The translations under genes were made by a program, and so were the position numbers. DNA of 63,074 nt, counting the filler, from Candidatus Nezhaarchaeota archaeon WYZ-LMO8 (GTDB lineage Archaea; Thermoproteota; Methanomethylicia; Nezhaarchaeales; WYZ-LMO8): the NCBI GenBank assembly GCA_004347965.1. It is 4 parts of 4 records of this genome, joined end to end, with 100 filler letters (N's around TTAATTAATTAA, not from the genome) between each part and the next. Parts side by side here need not be neighbours in the genome. Positions count along the whole stretch, not along the records: positions 50,986 to 63,074 come from QNVF01000036.1; 3 more parts are not named here. The stretch is one strand, 5' to 3'. The notes beneath the pieces were generated by a model. It was not told the DNA's origin. It worked only from the letters and a program-made list of their open reading frames with translations, and did not search any database. This document shows positions 62,408 through 63,074 of this stretch, piece by piece (within the stretch, counting starts at the first letter, position 1; the number at the start of each line of letters is the position of its first letter).

Positions 62408-62763
62408 CAGACATTAAAAGAATCCTTTTTATTTCTTCACATCCAATTGTGCGTAAAGAGCTGTAACAATAAATGGTCGAAGAAGTTTAATTGCACCTTA
62501 CATAATAGAGGAAACGACGAAACTTGATGTATTTGTGGAAGAACTTCGAGGAGCTTTAAGGTGACATTTAGCTTAGTATGTTATTCTGAAGCTAGGCAGG
62601 TAATATTGTTATGTCATCGTCCATAAATTTACATGTATATTTTTATCTAAGTTATTTTGATGGTGGGGTTACGGTTGTATGCTTAAGCAAGTTCGAAGTA
62701 GGACGTCGCAATACTTTAAAGTAATTAATGGACCTTAATTAAGGGAGGAGGAAGCTAAGAGCC

Positions 62764-63074
62764 TTGAGTTTCACAACTAGACCTGTAGAGGATCTCGATG
62801 AGGTTTGTCTTAAAATTCGAATTCTCTTGGAAGGAGCTGTGGAGAGGAACTTGTGTGAAGGAATACTTCTCTCTGGAGGATTAGACACGAGCATCTTAGC
62901 CGTCCTAGCATCTAAATTCACTTTAATTAAAGCCTTCACCGTTGGATTCAGCAAGGCTTCAGCACCAGACGTTGAATATGCGAGACTTCTATCCTCTAGA
63001 TTAAGGCTCGATCACATCGTGTACTTCTTCGAAGAAAACGAGCTCTGCAAAGCTTTGAGGGAGGTCATCAGGGT
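62764..63074 (+). CDS. Asparagine synthase C-terminal-domain protein (partial)
   Basis: Manually translated: ...EGILLSGGLDTSILA...APDVEYAR; runs off window end. Confidence 0.85.
   Translation, partial: MSFTTRPVEDLDEVCLKIRILLEGAVERNLCEGILLSGGLDTSILAVLASKFTLIKAFTVGFSKASAPDVEYARLLSSRLRLDHIVYFFEENELCKALREVIR

Overview
Archaeal DNA, most likely from a thermophilic TACK/Thermoproteota metagenome bin (inferred from TBP, thermosome, aIF5A/DHS, Sec61beta, GGTGA-type Shine-Dalgarno motifs and FrhB paralogs). The window is four unrelated contigs (1-17232, 17333-34079, 34180-50885, 50986-63074) joined by artificial N-TTAATTAATTAA-N spacers, so adjacency across the gaps means nothing. The first three contigs are mostly housekeeping genes (lysC-asd, hypF, nob1, NAD kinase, aIF5A, rps15, dys, pyrE/F, trmI, tbp, thermosome, trkAH, class II RNR plus cobO, tldD/pmbA, leuS) with four tRNAs. 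The last contig is accessory: an MFS transporter, small membrane proteins, a large beta-propeller/thermopsin-like surface protein and pseudogene remnants. Highlights: (1) a probable replication origin with two inverted ORB boxes and AT-rich tracts, flanked by a small winged-helix gene and the initiator tRNA rather than by orc1/cdc6; (2) several conserved genes that apparently must start at non-canonical codons (CTG, possibly TTA/ATT) behind strong SD motifs; (3) four box C/D guide RNA candidates, one complementary to the initiator tRNA-Met in this same window; (4) a TnpB-like IS200/IS605 remnant with an intact right end. All family assignments are from motif recognition by eye; no database searches were run.
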